The position numbers and the translations under genes were made by a program. Shown piece by piece: positions 13,401 through 24,960 of a stretch of 64,000 bases of DNA; within the stretch, counting starts at the first letter, position 1; the number at the start of each line of letters is the position of its first letter. The stretch is from Callorhinchus milii (Eukaryota), in contig NW_024704743.1 of the NCBI RefSeq assembly GCF_018977255.1, positions 102,984,001-103,048,000 of the forward strand, in the 5' to 3' direction. The notes under the pieces were generated by a model. The model had not been told where the DNA came from. It ran no database searches and was given only the letters and a program-made list of their open reading frames with translations.

Positions 13401-13786
13401 AAGGGCAAAGAGCCCTTGAATCTCAACGTGGCGATCAATATGATTTCTGGTGTTTCTCCAAATGGAATCAACCAAGCCCTAATCCATGGATCACATGGTG
13501 AAGACCTTTGGCTCATCTTTAGGTCAGCATTTGCCGGCAGCCGTGTCCAACAAAAGTCACAATCACAGTAAAGACACGGAGCTGCTCACGCTCAATTCTG
13601 TGGGAAGCTGCAGAAGTAATTCAGTAACTAGGCCCAAAAGGCATTGGCACAGGTTCTGCAGAATGCACAGCTTGCAGTGGTTGGCAGATAGCTGCAATTT
13701 GCAGATGGTGTACCATTTGTGAACACTGAGCCTACAACAACTGCAGAGACAGCACAAGAAGCAACAGAAATCTGTCTCTCTAGTAA

Positions 13787-14025
13787 AAATAATAATCCTT
13801 GCATTTGATAAAGTGCCTGATCACATCTTCGAGATGTCTCAAAGCGCTTCACAGAATATATGTAAAGTGTATTTTGGGGTGAAACGTGGCAGCCAATTGC
13901 ACACAGCAGTGTCCAACAAACAGTTGGGAATTGAACTAATTTATTTATTGTTTAAAAAGGGATTATTATCCTCGGAAAAGTGATCTGTCAATCAACTAAA
14001 CAGAGGTAAAGGTAAACAGTGGCGT
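13787..14025 (-). mobile_element. tRNA-derived SINE, long variant, 5'-truncated
   Basis: aataatccttgcatttg tail, Deu core, and the ctcggaaaagtgatctgtcaatcaactaa segment shared with the copies at 1522-1897 and 44088-44351. Confidence 0.8.
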
Positions 14026-15419
14026 GTTTTTCTAAGATCTTCACTGGGGAAAGACTTGGCCTTGCAGCTTCCAAAGCCCCTCAAATGTCCTTTTTCCAGT
14101 GATATCCTACTGAAAGAGCTTGAGGTAAGACCAGTAGCTGCTACAAATGTGCACACCACAGCATAAATAAAAGCACACAAAAGCATAGTTTACATGATAT
14201 GTAAATACAAACTGACAGATTGTATGGCATACCATTTCAAATCTACTGCTATCACCACTGATACGCAATAAGGTTTTATCTATTTCTTTACCGGAAGCAA
14301 AACCATATTGAACAAAACCCAAATTAAATCAGATGCAAAAAAAAAGAAGCGTATACTTCTGCCAACCTAAAAATCAATACATTAGTTTATAAAAGGCGAT
14401 TTTTCTCAATGGAAGATTTCCTTCATAATTTGTTGCCATATTTACTTTTCAGCTTCTACACCATCCTGGGTACCTGAGCCTCACCAATAATGCCTGCAGG
14501 CAGCACCAGCTCATGGCATTGCCAGCTCTCTCTTAATGGCAATGGTATGTTGGGCATATTGCACACCCGGGCACCAGAAATGCTGATTTAATAGGTGTAA
14601 ACGTTTTTCTTTATAAAGTGTTGTTGCTGTAAGTTCCTGGATAAATGCCATGTCCTTTGGGAACAATGATGAATAAGCAACATCATAAGCCACAGAAACA
14701 GCCCATAACCTATAAGAGCAAATAACTATCACTCCAAAATGCTGAGTCAATGGAATAAGTTTACTGAAGAAGTACTCATGCATTCCACTTGGGCATAACA
14801 TTGACATACTTTAAGATTTGTTAGTGACCATACACTATCTGCATGTTAATAAATGAAATCCTTTACAGTTGCTGAAAGTTACATATTTGTTAATTGAAGC
14901 CTTGCTGGTCACAAGACCTGCAGTCATTGATATTGATTCCTGGTGCCTCAGGGATGCCTCCATTTTCAAACAAAACCTGTTAACTTAGCACTTGCTTGTG
15001 GGCGTTTTGATTAAAATGACTTTGACCTCCTCACCAAGAAGCTGCTGCTACCCGCTTTGTACTTATACATCAATGCCTCTAGATAATGCCTGGAAATTTC
15101 CAATAGCAAAAAACTTTCTAAAGTTGAAGTTAGCTTCAAACCATCAAGCAGGACATTGCTCATATTGGACCCTGTCCACGAATAAGAGATGATACAACAT
15201 GGGGACAGACTCATAGGTCACAAAAAGCATCTGGAACCATTCCCCTTGGTTATATTTAGGTAAATGGATCCTAAATTACAACTTGATGCTTAGTCCCACT
15301 TCTGCGTGTCCTCAATCTTCTTTGGATTTTGCTGTCACCATGAGCCTTTCAATAATAAAACAGGGAGAAGGCAATAGAGGAGGTCTGAGAGAGTGGATTA
15401 AGAGTGATGAAGCACTACA

Positions 15420-15700
15420 TTGGGACTTTGAATTCATAATCTAGGCTGACACTTTAGTGCAGTGCTGGGGGTGTGCTAAATATTTGGGGATACAGTCCTT
15501 CAAAGGAGATGTTAAACCACAGCTCAGTCTGCCTGTTCAGGTGGACATTAACAATCCTATAGCAGTACTCAAAAAGAGAAGGGAGATCCTCTCAGTGTCC
15601 TGGCCAACAATCCCCCAGATAAAATTGATCATTCGCTTTGAGACTATTTGTGGGAAATTGCCTTGCACAAATTGGCGTTCATGTTTGCCTACAAAAATAC
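15420..15700 (+). mobile_element. Old Deu-type SINE
   Basis: atctaggctgacactttagtgcagtgctg...gttaaaccacagctcagtctgcctgttcaggtggacatt...gcacaaattggc. Confidence 0.7.
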
Positions 15701-16269
15701 TTTCTGGGACACTTCACAAGTGGAATGTCAACAATGGAGAAGGGAAAGGGTTCCCCACAGCAGTCATTAACCGGAATATCTCTAAGAGTGGATTATCCCT
15801 TGAAGTCGTTACATTACATAACAATTTTCACCCCAATATCACTATTTGGGGAGTTAAATGCTAATTTTATCATGGATATATTTGCTCAGATCAGATGCCA
15901 GAATAATTTGCTGATGGGCCAACTGTTGCATGTGTCAAGGTATAAAAAGGAATTTTTAAACTATCTCAGATCTAATACAGCTACAGAAATTAAGTTGCTC
16001 TGTCCTCAAGCCAAAATATCTCTATTAAAAAAAAGCAAGCACTACAAGAAAAGCTTGAAAGTACTAAGTTATTTTTTTGTTTCCAGCATTATCAGCAATT
16101 CTTGAAGGATATGTTCAATCTTACAACAATTACAATTTACATTTATACAATGCTGTCAGGAAGATGTCTCATCCACTTCAAGCAGCTTTACTCGGAGCCT
16201 GAATTAGATAGATGGGTGGGTGGGGGAGGGAGAGAAAGTTGAGCTGAGTACAGGGAGGAAAAAAAGTAG

Positions 16270-16570
16270 ATAACAACAAGATTACATTTGTATAGCACCT
16301 TTCACGTTGGGAGGACATCCCAAGGCGCTGGACAGTGTACAGCATTTCAGACCTGAGCTGGGGTCAAGGAAGGAGAATGGAGGAGAGGGAAAGGGGGGTA
16401 ACCGATGGCTTGGTCGAAGAGGAAGGTTTTGAGGCGGGACTTGAAGGAGGCTAAGGAGGGGGCGAGGCGGAGTGATTGGGGGATGGAATTCCAGAGGTTG
16501 GACAAAGGCACAGTAAAAAAAGTAGGCCTTAAGGCAGGTTTTTAAAGGCAGGGAGAGAGGGTGCAATCCT
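16270..16570 (-). mobile_element. L2 LINE 3' end fragments
   Basis: aacaacaagattacatttgtatagcacctttcacgttgggaggacatcccaaggcgct is the L2 3' stem-loop with its (CAA)n tail. Confidence 0.8.
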
Positions 16571-16977
16571 GTGGGACTCTGGGATGCAGTTCACAAGATC
16601 GGTTCTTATGAAAAAGGCTCTTTGGCCCATCCAATCTCATTCTTCCTAAATACCCAGCGTAACGGCACTGCATCGCACTCTAATCTGCTTAAATGAGACC
16701 TGCTTCTGGCCTCTCCACTTTTCCTGACAACCTGTCCAGTTATTAATTACTCTCTGAGCAACAATAAAATTCCTGGTACCTCTTATGAAATTGCCTGATA
16801 CAACTCTAAACCTATGTCCTCTTATTATTCTATTGTCTTGGTGCATTCTAAAGTATTGATTTGGGTTTATTTTTTTCAAACTTTAAACCCTTTTAAAACT
16901 TTATACACTTCTATGAGATCCCCTTTGAGTGATCTCCTCTCAAGACAAGACTAGCTTGTTGAATGATTGCTCATAGC

Positions 16978-17646
16978 CTGGGCCAATAGAAAAGTGCTGC
17001 CACACTTTTTCTGCGGAATCTGCCACAAACACCAAAAGCCGCTACAAACCTGCTATAAGTGTCATTTCTTGCCGTTGGGTCTCCTGGCTGTTTCACTGAT
17101 GTAACTGTGGGTTGGGAGGCTCCAGACACGCATGTGCAGTGTGGCGCAAATGGCAAATGGGCTTCACTTGGAGGACCCGCTGTTGTGATTGTCTGTGTGT
17201 GTATATTTGATTGTCTGTGTGTAAGGCTCTCTATATGCGTTCGTAAGAGTATATATCTCTCTCTGTGCCTCTGAGTGTGTGTGTGTGTCTCTGTGGGTAG
17301 GTGTGGGTGTGTCTTTCTCTCTGGGTCTGTGTGCGGTATTTGGCCCTAAGAACTCTTGTAGCCTCGCTGGAGACCGCCCACCACACCCAAAAAAAAAGCC
17401 CAGCCAGTTTTTGTTAAAGAAGCAATTTTTTTTGCAACAATCTAATACTTGTTATTTCCTCATGTTTAGTTTTTGTAAAAAAATTGAAACAATATAAGAT
17501 GGCAGTAAAATGTACGTCAATAACACCAATCAATTCCCAGCTATTTTCTCCAAAATTTCCCAAAAGTCCCTCCGCAATGTCCCGCAGGATTTTTGAATCT
17601 CCCCGCAATTTTGGGCAAATATTTCCACACGTTTTTATTGGCCCAG
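16978..17646. mobile_element. 669-bp non-autonomous DNA transposon (MITE) with 19-bp imperfect TIRs and an 8-bp TSD
   Basis: Left end CTGGGCCAATAGAAAAGTG; reverse complement of right end CTGGGCCAATAAAAACGTG. Direct repeat CTCATAGC at 16970-16977 and 17647-17654. Confidence 0.88.
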
Positions 17647-17720
17647 CTCATAGCTAACTCCTCTACGGCCCAGCTCATAGCTAATTCCTCTACGGCCCAG
17701 CTCATAGCTAATTCATCTAC
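17640..17720 (+). repeat. 27-bp tandem repeat x3 spanning the MITE right junction
   Basis: GGCCCAGCTCATAGCTAA(C/T)TC(C/A)TCTAC at 17640-17666, 17667-17693 and 17694-17720. Confidence 0.95.
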
Positions 17721-18489
17721 TAGGGATCCGACTTGTTGCTCTCCTCTGCACTGCCTCTAAGACCAGGGCAGTCCTCTTATGTTATGGTGACACCAAAACG
17801 GTATGCAGTACGCTAGGTGAAATCTGACCACAGCATGATGTAACCTTAGTGTCGAGAGAGCAGGGGCATAATGACTGAAAGCAAAAATGTTCTTCTTGAC
17901 TGTAGGTTTGATTCTGGTCCACGGTTCATAAATTATAAAAAAAATTGCACTTTCATTTGAACAAATTCTAGCATCAAAATCTGGCAGGTGTTCATTTGGG
18001 ACCAGTTGGGCAAATTAATGTCTCTCTGTTGTACTGTACTGAGAAGCAAAATTTCCCCCCAGCTCCCACACACAGTCACACACGCACATACACACTGTCT
18101 CTATTCTGAATATTGTAGGCTAGATTAGCTGAAAGATCAAGGTTCAAGCACAGCACACGTAATAATTTACTGTTCTTCAAAACTAATAGTGAGCAAATTA
18201 TATGACAGAACAAAAATAGAATTCAAAAAGGTAATTATTCCAACACAACACTTCCTTTTATAATTTAAAAAAAAACTAAGTTAAGTGCTACATTCAATTT
18301 GACACAGACTAATATGATCTTATTTGAAAAACATCACGTTCAAATATTACCTGAGGCGTATTATACATAATTTACGTATTCTACCTCATGTTTCATATTT
18401 TTATAATATGTTTCGTGTTTCATATTTCATATTTCACCTTGGTGTGGAACTTCAATTCTTTTGTTTTACTCCCCACTGTTCTTCAAAAT

Positions 18490-18850
18490 CCACTTCTGTG
18501 CTTTTACTTGCTCAGCTTTCTCTCATCTCCAAAACATTGTCTACCTCTCCCCTTGGGCAGTTGAGACCCTCATCCACAGGTTAGGCACATTCAGGCTTCA
18601 CTACGGCAATGCTCTGCGTGTTGCACTTCCAGCTCTTCCCTACACAAGCTACGGACTATGCAGAACAAAAAGTCTCCAGTCTGCAGCCCACGTCCTCTCC
18701 CTTAGCAAGACTATCAACCCCATTCTCGCTCAGCTCCAGTGGCTGTCCATCCCTGAGGAGAGTGAGTTCACTCACTCTTCTTCCTCGTGTTGAAATCCCT
18801 CCAAGTTGTCACCCTAGCATACCCTATCTCTATACCCTTGTTTCTTTGTA
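18490..18850 (+). mobile_element. Old L2 LINE fragment
   Basis: Peptide YLSPWAVETLIHRLGTFRLHYGNAL...LQSAAHVLS...INPILAQLQWLSIP is homologous to the L2 ORF2 C-terminus. Confidence 0.8.
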
Positions 18851-19384
18851 AATAGGAATGGTCACCTATCAGAGAATGGTAGATGAGTAGCAAGGGACAG
18901 GGGCCAGTGGGCTCAGGAGGGATTTAAGTTTTTGTGAAGGGAAAGAGGATGTCATAAGAACATGCATCAGAAGGTAAAATAGTTTGTTTTGTTTAGGATT
19001 CGCTTTTTTCTACTTAGACAATAGATATCAGAGTGATCAGAAGCTATTAATCTACCTGAAAGGTTCAGTTGACATAGTATACTACATGTAAAAAACAGCA
19101 CTGATTTACAGTGGTCATCTAAATGTCAGGAGAGTGCTATTCCAAATCACTTGGGGTGTTTATGTTTTAATAATATTTGCTGTTCACTTTATGGAATGGG
19201 TTTATTAAGTTGTGGATCAGTTTATATGGCAGTACTGGCTGTCAGAACAGATTGGTACACTTCTTATCATTCATGTATAATGGATTCATTATTGCAACAT
19301 ATCACACCAAATTTACCGTGAAAGTATTTATTGCTGATTTCTAGGGGATTCATGTTCAACACATAATACATAGTATTATTTGCA

Positions 19385-19655
19385 AACATCCTTTGGATGA
19401 GACGTTAAACTGATGTTTTGTCAGTTTGTTGAGGTGGACATGAACAATTCCATGGCATTATTAAAAAGGAGAGGGGAGTTTCTCCTGATGTCCTGGCTGA
19501 TAATTCACGAGATAAAATTGATCATTCACTTCATGGTTGGTTGTGAGACAATGATGTGTGCAAATTGGTTAGAGTGTTGACTTACAAATAAACAATAACT
19601 ACATTTTACAGTAAATTCTGTGAAACGCTTTGAGATATTTGATGATATGATATGG
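19385..19655 (+). mobile_element. Old Deu-type SINE fragment
   Basis: ggatgagacgttaaac...ccatggcattatt...gtgtgcaaattggtt...tgtgaaacgctttgagat. Confidence 0.7.
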
Positions 19656-20699
19656 CAAATTGCTTTGCAATTGTTAATATTAAAAGGCCTTTTAATTTTA
19701 CAAATTTAGATTGTTTCCTCTTTGTCCTATTATGACAGCCTTTCAGAAATTCCTATTAATCAATTCACAAATTAGACATCTTTTGATATTCACAACAGGA
19801 TATCCCAATTATCAAATATATTACAAAGTTAGACTCAAGCCCCTACAAAAAATTACCTTATTTATACAAAGTACAGCTATTTCACCCAACTTTTAAAGGT
19901 AATGATCTAATTCTGTGATGATGCTTAATCTGGAAATAGTACAACTTCCAATAATTAAAACCATATCACATGTGTTACGACTCGAAAGAAATCCCACTTG
20001 AAACTACATCAAATATGAGCTGTGTTCTCAGGAGGCAGTGTCAGATTTTCAGACTTAAGAAATCCAGTTAAAGTATAAGTGTAAAATTGATCCTAATATT
20101 TCTTGAAAGGAACCACTTTTGAGGAAAGCAATATCCTATGCGATGAAGTCAGTATTCTGGATTCAGCTGCAACAGATCAAAACCTTGTGGCAATTTCTTA
20201 TTTCATCTTGAAAGTTGTGGATTCATCAGAATAGTTCAAATTTAAAAAAAACAGTGAAGTAATTGTATAACCCTATGTGTGACAAGGTGATGTGATTGAT
20301 GAGTTGTCAGTGCAACAATACATGCTGTGGCGAGTTACATAAATAGCTTCGAAAATCTCAACTATGCTTTCTAACCTTATGTTGCTTCTAACTGTAAACC
20401 AAATCTGTCATGCCCACTTGCACTGCTTCATAAAAACTGCAACAGAATCAGTAGAATTGTAGAAGAAAATGATTTTGTGCCATGTTAAAGAAAAAAAATG
20501 ATAAATTGTTTTATCAACAACCTAATACGTACCGATTAAAAAACCTTACGGTAATATAAATCATTTTTGTGCACTACACAATGCAGCTGACTCAGCTTTA
20601 AGCTGATAAGAGTCGAGGCTAGTTCACCAATCTAGCGGTGGGGGGTAGGGGCAGCTCTCAATGCCAGAAGTGCTGTTCTTCAGATGAAATATCCCCAAT

Positions 20700-21410
20700 C
20701 CAGTTTCCATCCTGCCCACAGCATTAATATCATTTGTCAAAGTCACTAACAACACTGCCAGAACTCCCTATGCCTCGTTGAGGTCTCTGCTACATTTGAT
20801 TTTGATCACCTCTCCTTCCTCATCTATCTTTGTGGGATCGAATTCTTGTAGTTCCAATCCTACCTGACCCAAAGCCTCCACTTTATTTCCTCTACAATTT
20901 CTCCTCTCATCCTTGCACAGTCACCTTTAGAGCGCTGCTCCTTCGACTCTATCTTCAGCACCGTCCTTTTCCTCATCTACCTTCTCTCTTGAAGAGATTA
21001 TCTGAATTTCCACATGCATGCAGATGACAAGTCTAGTTTTCCACTTCTATTCTTGATTCCAGTTCTGTTTACCTGTCAGACATCAAGGCCTGGGCAAGCC
21101 TCAATTTTTGTAGCTCCACTTGGTAACACTTTCAACCTCTGAGTCAGAAGGTTGTTCAAGCTGGTGCAGCATTGTTGGAGGTGCCAACTTTTGGATGAGA
21201 GATTAAACCAAGGTCCTGTCTACCTGTTCAGGTGGACATTAAAGATTCCATGGCACTACTTGACCAACAATCATGGTGGGACAGTGCTGTGTACAAATTG
21301 CGTGCTGGGTTTGCCTTGTCACTAAACTTTACAGTAAATCTTGTCAAGAATTTTGAGACATGTGGATAACATGATATGGCTCATTTTCAAATACAAGGAT
21401 TAATATTACT
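20700..21410 (+). mobile_element. Old L2 fragment (about 20700-21130) followed by an old Deu-type SINE (about 21130-21410)
   Basis: Degenerate RT-region sequence (gtcaaagtcactaac, ctctgctacatttgat, catgcagatgac), then ctctgagtcagaaggttg...gttcaggtggacattaaagattccatggcact. Confidence 0.65.
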
Positions 21411-21534
21411 ATTAATGTTTATGTCACAAAGGAAGGAACAGAAAAAGATGGTGACTTGAACTGACTTTCAGATACTAGCTCCAAACAATCCTGCTGGAGA
21501 AGAGTTCCTGATGATTTGATAATGGGGAATCCTC

Positions 21535-21862
21535 AATAATAATAATAATAATAATAATCCTTGCATTTGATATAGCGCTTTTCACGTCGGGAGGACGTCC
21601 CAAAGCGCTTCACAGAACACACTGTAAAGTGAATTGACTGTATATTGTGGGCGAACGCGGCAGCCAATTGCCCACAGCAATGTCCCACAAACAGTCGTAG
21701 ATTGAAAATGACCAATTTATTATTGTTTTTTGTTTTTTTTGGAGGGATTATTATTAGGCATGTGGAGTAAGGAAACTTGCCCAAGGTTTCGCCCTGCCTG
21801 GAATTGAACTCAGGTCTCTCGCTTGCAAAGCGAGTGCTCTAACCACTGAGCTACAGGACTCC
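21535..21862 (-). mobile_element. Young full-length tRNA(Ala)-derived Deu-type SINE, short variant
   Basis: Head GGAGTCCTGTAGCTCAGTGGTTAGAGCACTCGCTTTGCAAGCGAGAGACCTGAGTTCAATTCCAGG with A and B boxes, Deu-like core, L2-like stem-loop and (TTA)n tail. Nearly identical to 28677-28975. Confidence 0.92.
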
Positions 21863-21989
21863 AATAGGAACTATCCCTAAACAAGCATAAACTGAGGATA
21901 CAAAATCATAGCTCAGCTCCAAGGAGACTCTACTTACCTCCCCCCAAGTCAAGTTGCTCATTTGACATTCGACAAGCGTAGTTTTGAAT

Positions 21990-22815
21990 TACATGGAATT
22001 ACACAGAATATACAACACAGAAACAGGCCATTCGGCCCAACTAGTCTATGCCAGGGTTTATGCTCCACATGAGCCTCCTCCTGTCCTTCCTCAACTAAAC
22101 CTATCATCATAATCTTCCATTTGTTTCTCCCTCATGTACTTATCTAGCTTCCCCATATATTCACCTCAATTACTTCTTGTGGGAGCAAGTTCCAAATTTC
22201 CACCATTCTCTGGGTAAAGAAGTTTCTCCTACTTCCCTATTTGATTTATTGGTGACTATTTTATAATTATGGCACCTGGTTTTGGTCTCCCCCACAAGTG
22301 GAAACATGTTCTCTATGTCTACTCTATCAAATCATTTCATAGAGTTAAAGACCTCTATTCGGTCACCCCTCACCCTTCTCTTTCCAAGAGAAAATAGTCC
22401 AAGCTTGTTCAGCCTTTCCTGATAGGTATAACCTCGCAATTCCAGTGTCATCCTTGTAAATCTCCTTTGCACTTTCTCCAGGGCCTCCATATCCTCTCTA
22501 TAATATGGGGACCAGAACTGTATACAGTACTGTATACAGAACTGTGTGGTCTAACCAAAGTTTGATATATGTTTAACATAACTTCCCTGCTTTTCATTTC
22601 TATGGCTCCAGAAATAAACCCCAACGGCTGGTTTGCATTATTTATGGCCTTCTTAATCTGCGTCGCGACTTTTAGTGATTTGTGTATCTGTACCCCTAGA
22701 TCCCTTTGTTCCTCTACTCTATTTAGATTCTTATTTTCCAGGCAGTATGTGACCTCCTTATTCCTCCTACCAAAATGTACCACCTGACACTTATCTCTAT
22801 TGAAATTAATTTACT
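21990..22815 (-). mobile_element. CR1 LINE 3' fragment
   Basis: Peptide VHFGRRNKEVTYCL...EEQRDLGVQIHKSLKV...SREVMLNIYQTLVRPH, plus a CR1 3' UTR ending near acaggccattcggccc. Confidence 0.9.
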
Positions 22816-22822
22816 AATGTTT

Positions 22823-23411
22823 TGTCGAGCCATCACCATGTGGATGGCTGATACCAGGAACCCCTGCAAACTTCCTGGTGGGCAGCACAGCTCAACATGA
22901 AGTGTGGAAGAGCAATGCCACCATCCTCCTGCCCACAGCACGGACACATATATATTAAGAATGTATGTATGTCACCAATGGAGATGCCAGAATGTGATGG
23001 GTGTAGTTGGAATTCTAGCCACGAGATGGAGCCCTAGAGCCAATTATCAAATGGTAGACCCTGAGGGATAGAAATGGAAACTCCTTAGTTAACATGTTAT
23101 TGGACAGAGGCACCTGCTTTAACCATAGGACCCATGGCCAGTGACCTCAGAAATCTGTTGGTTGAGAACAACTGAGAGATTCCTTGGCGAGGCTCCAGAA
23201 TACATCAAGGGCCTACACCGTTGAAAGAAAGCTTGCCTGGAGACATCTGCCATTGTGGCTCTGTCATTAGCTGCAAGAGAGTGCACAAGGATGATGCAAA
23301 ACCAAGCACTGTTGGAAATATGACCCAGCCTCTGTTTTGCACTTTCACTTCAATTCATCACCTGAAGGATTCAAGATGTAAACCCTAATTCCAATGTGCC
23401 CCAGGGCGACA
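22823..23411. mobile_element. Putative solo LTR (about 589 bp), unclassified
   Basis: Begins TGTCG and ends CGACA (TG...CA, 5-bp inverted ends). Flanks TGTTT and CATTT both derive from CGTTT by CpG decay. No long ORF; GC-richer than its surroundings. Confidence 0.55.
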
Positions 23412-24554
23412 CATTTGCACACCAGTGTGTTTTGATTTCATTTTATTCTTTTGACTTTCTGAGGCTGAGCAGGGTTATCTAAATTCAATAATTGGAAGAG
23501 ACATTTTACCCACAACTGCAATGCTTCAGTTCCTATCATGGAGAATCTCAAAGGGGACATGAATACCATACGAATGGAACCTGCAGTAATGTCTTATTTC
23601 CATATTACAGAGATTGCTTGTCCATGTAATGGCCTTTTATACAACACTAGGAATGTGACATTGCTTCATTTGCAATTTGCAACAGGGAAGTTGCTGTTAT
23701 ACTGCTGCATTTAATGGCTCTCACCTGAGACTAAAGTCATTTTCTGTGTGTACGAACATGTATACAGTTTATGAGCTGGTAGTACACAGCAGCTTTTTAA
23801 AAGTTATTTTTAAGCTCTGAGAATGTATCTGTCACTAATACATTAATAATAATGCTTGCATTTGATAAAGCATCTTTCATGCCATCAAAATATCTCAAAG
23901 CACGAAATACACAGTCAATCCACTTTACAATGTGAAGAGCTTTGAGACATTCAACAACATGATAAGGCAATATATCAAACGCAAAGATTATTATTGCGTA
24001 ATGGAACAGATATCCCATGAGTTGTAATGATGCGTGTGATGTACTTAATATTATCACTTGGATTTCTTAATTAAGAAATGCATTTCTCTCCGAAGAAATC
24101 AGTTTAAACATAATCGCCCTCAATGTACTTTAAGTTTCAATGTTTATTTTAAATTAGCTGCACTAAAGCCCGTTATAACATAGTGTTTCAATGTGCTAAA
24201 ATGCTATAGACTTGTAAGTTCTTTATCACTAATGCAATTTCTGCTTGAATTCTTTGGCCATCTAAGATCCTGTTATAATGCATTGTCCACTCAAAAATAT
24301 ATATTTTTAAAAACTAAATGAGAAATAATGTTTAAATATTAGGAGATTAAGATCAAGAGGTTGTCTTACAATGTTGAAGAGTGCAGTAGCAATATTTTAT
24401 TCCTCAGTAGTATTTTTTGTAAATACAGAACTTCTAATGGTAATCAACAATATCCAGATAAGAGCGAATTTTCCAAACACATTTGAGCTGTAAATTTCTA
24501 TTGCTGATGCTGAAGATAAGCCTAACACTGTTGGCAGAGCTCATCCTTTCTCAA

Positions 24555-24960
24555 CTGTTTTGACCCAACCCTGCTTGGGTCCTGATTCCCCGACTGTTCA
24601 GGGCCTTGGGACGCCCTCTAGACATAAAAGGCGCTTTACAAATGTAATTTTGTTGTTGTTGTTTTCATTTGTATGGCGCCTTTCACATTGGGAGGATGTC
24701 CCAAGATGCTTGACAGTCAGGGATTTGGACCCGAGCAGGGGGTTGGGATCAGTAGAGATGGAGGGCAGGGAGAGTAGGAGTGTGGCTGAAACCACGTTTG
24801 AAGAGGAGGGTCTTGAAACATGCCTTGATGGAGGCAAGGGAGAAGTGAAAAAAAAAGGCAAAGTGAAGAGACTTTGGGATGGAGTTCCAAAAGTTGAGCA
24901 CAGAGAGGTTGACGGTCCGACCGCCGATGTGGGGCGGGAGCCATGGAGTAGGCCAGAGCC
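24555..24960. mobile_element. Two L2 3' ends in tail-to-tail orientation
   Basis: Plus-strand tail ggccttgggacgccctctagacataaaaggcgct...(ttg)n at about 24560-24662, followed immediately by a minus-strand L2 3' end (catttgtatggcgcctttcacattgggaggatgtcccaag...). Confidence 0.8.

Larger units (their letters stand above)
16590..17850 (-). mobile_element. Old CR1 LINE 3' part, interrupted by a MITE
   Basis: Minus-strand peptide RGHRFRVVSGNFIRGTRNFIVAQRVINNW is the CR1 C-terminus. CR1 sequence resumes after 17655 (ctcctctgcactgcctctaa...tgcagtacgctaggtg). Confidence 0.75.

Noticed and set aside
13380..14810. GC-richer non-repetitive patches with several short ORFs
   Set aside because: No recognisable protein motif, splice pattern or terminal repeats. 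They could be old TE relics or conserved elements, but I cannot support a call.
17640..17720. 27-bp repeats as a CRISPR-like array
   Set aside because: The units are contiguous with no spacers, the context is vertebrate, and a transposon-junction duplication explains them.
21790..21862. tRNA-Ala(TGC)-like cloverleaf as a tRNA gene
   Set aside because: The acceptor and T stems are imperfect and it runs straight into a SINE body repeated many times in the window, so it is a SINE head.
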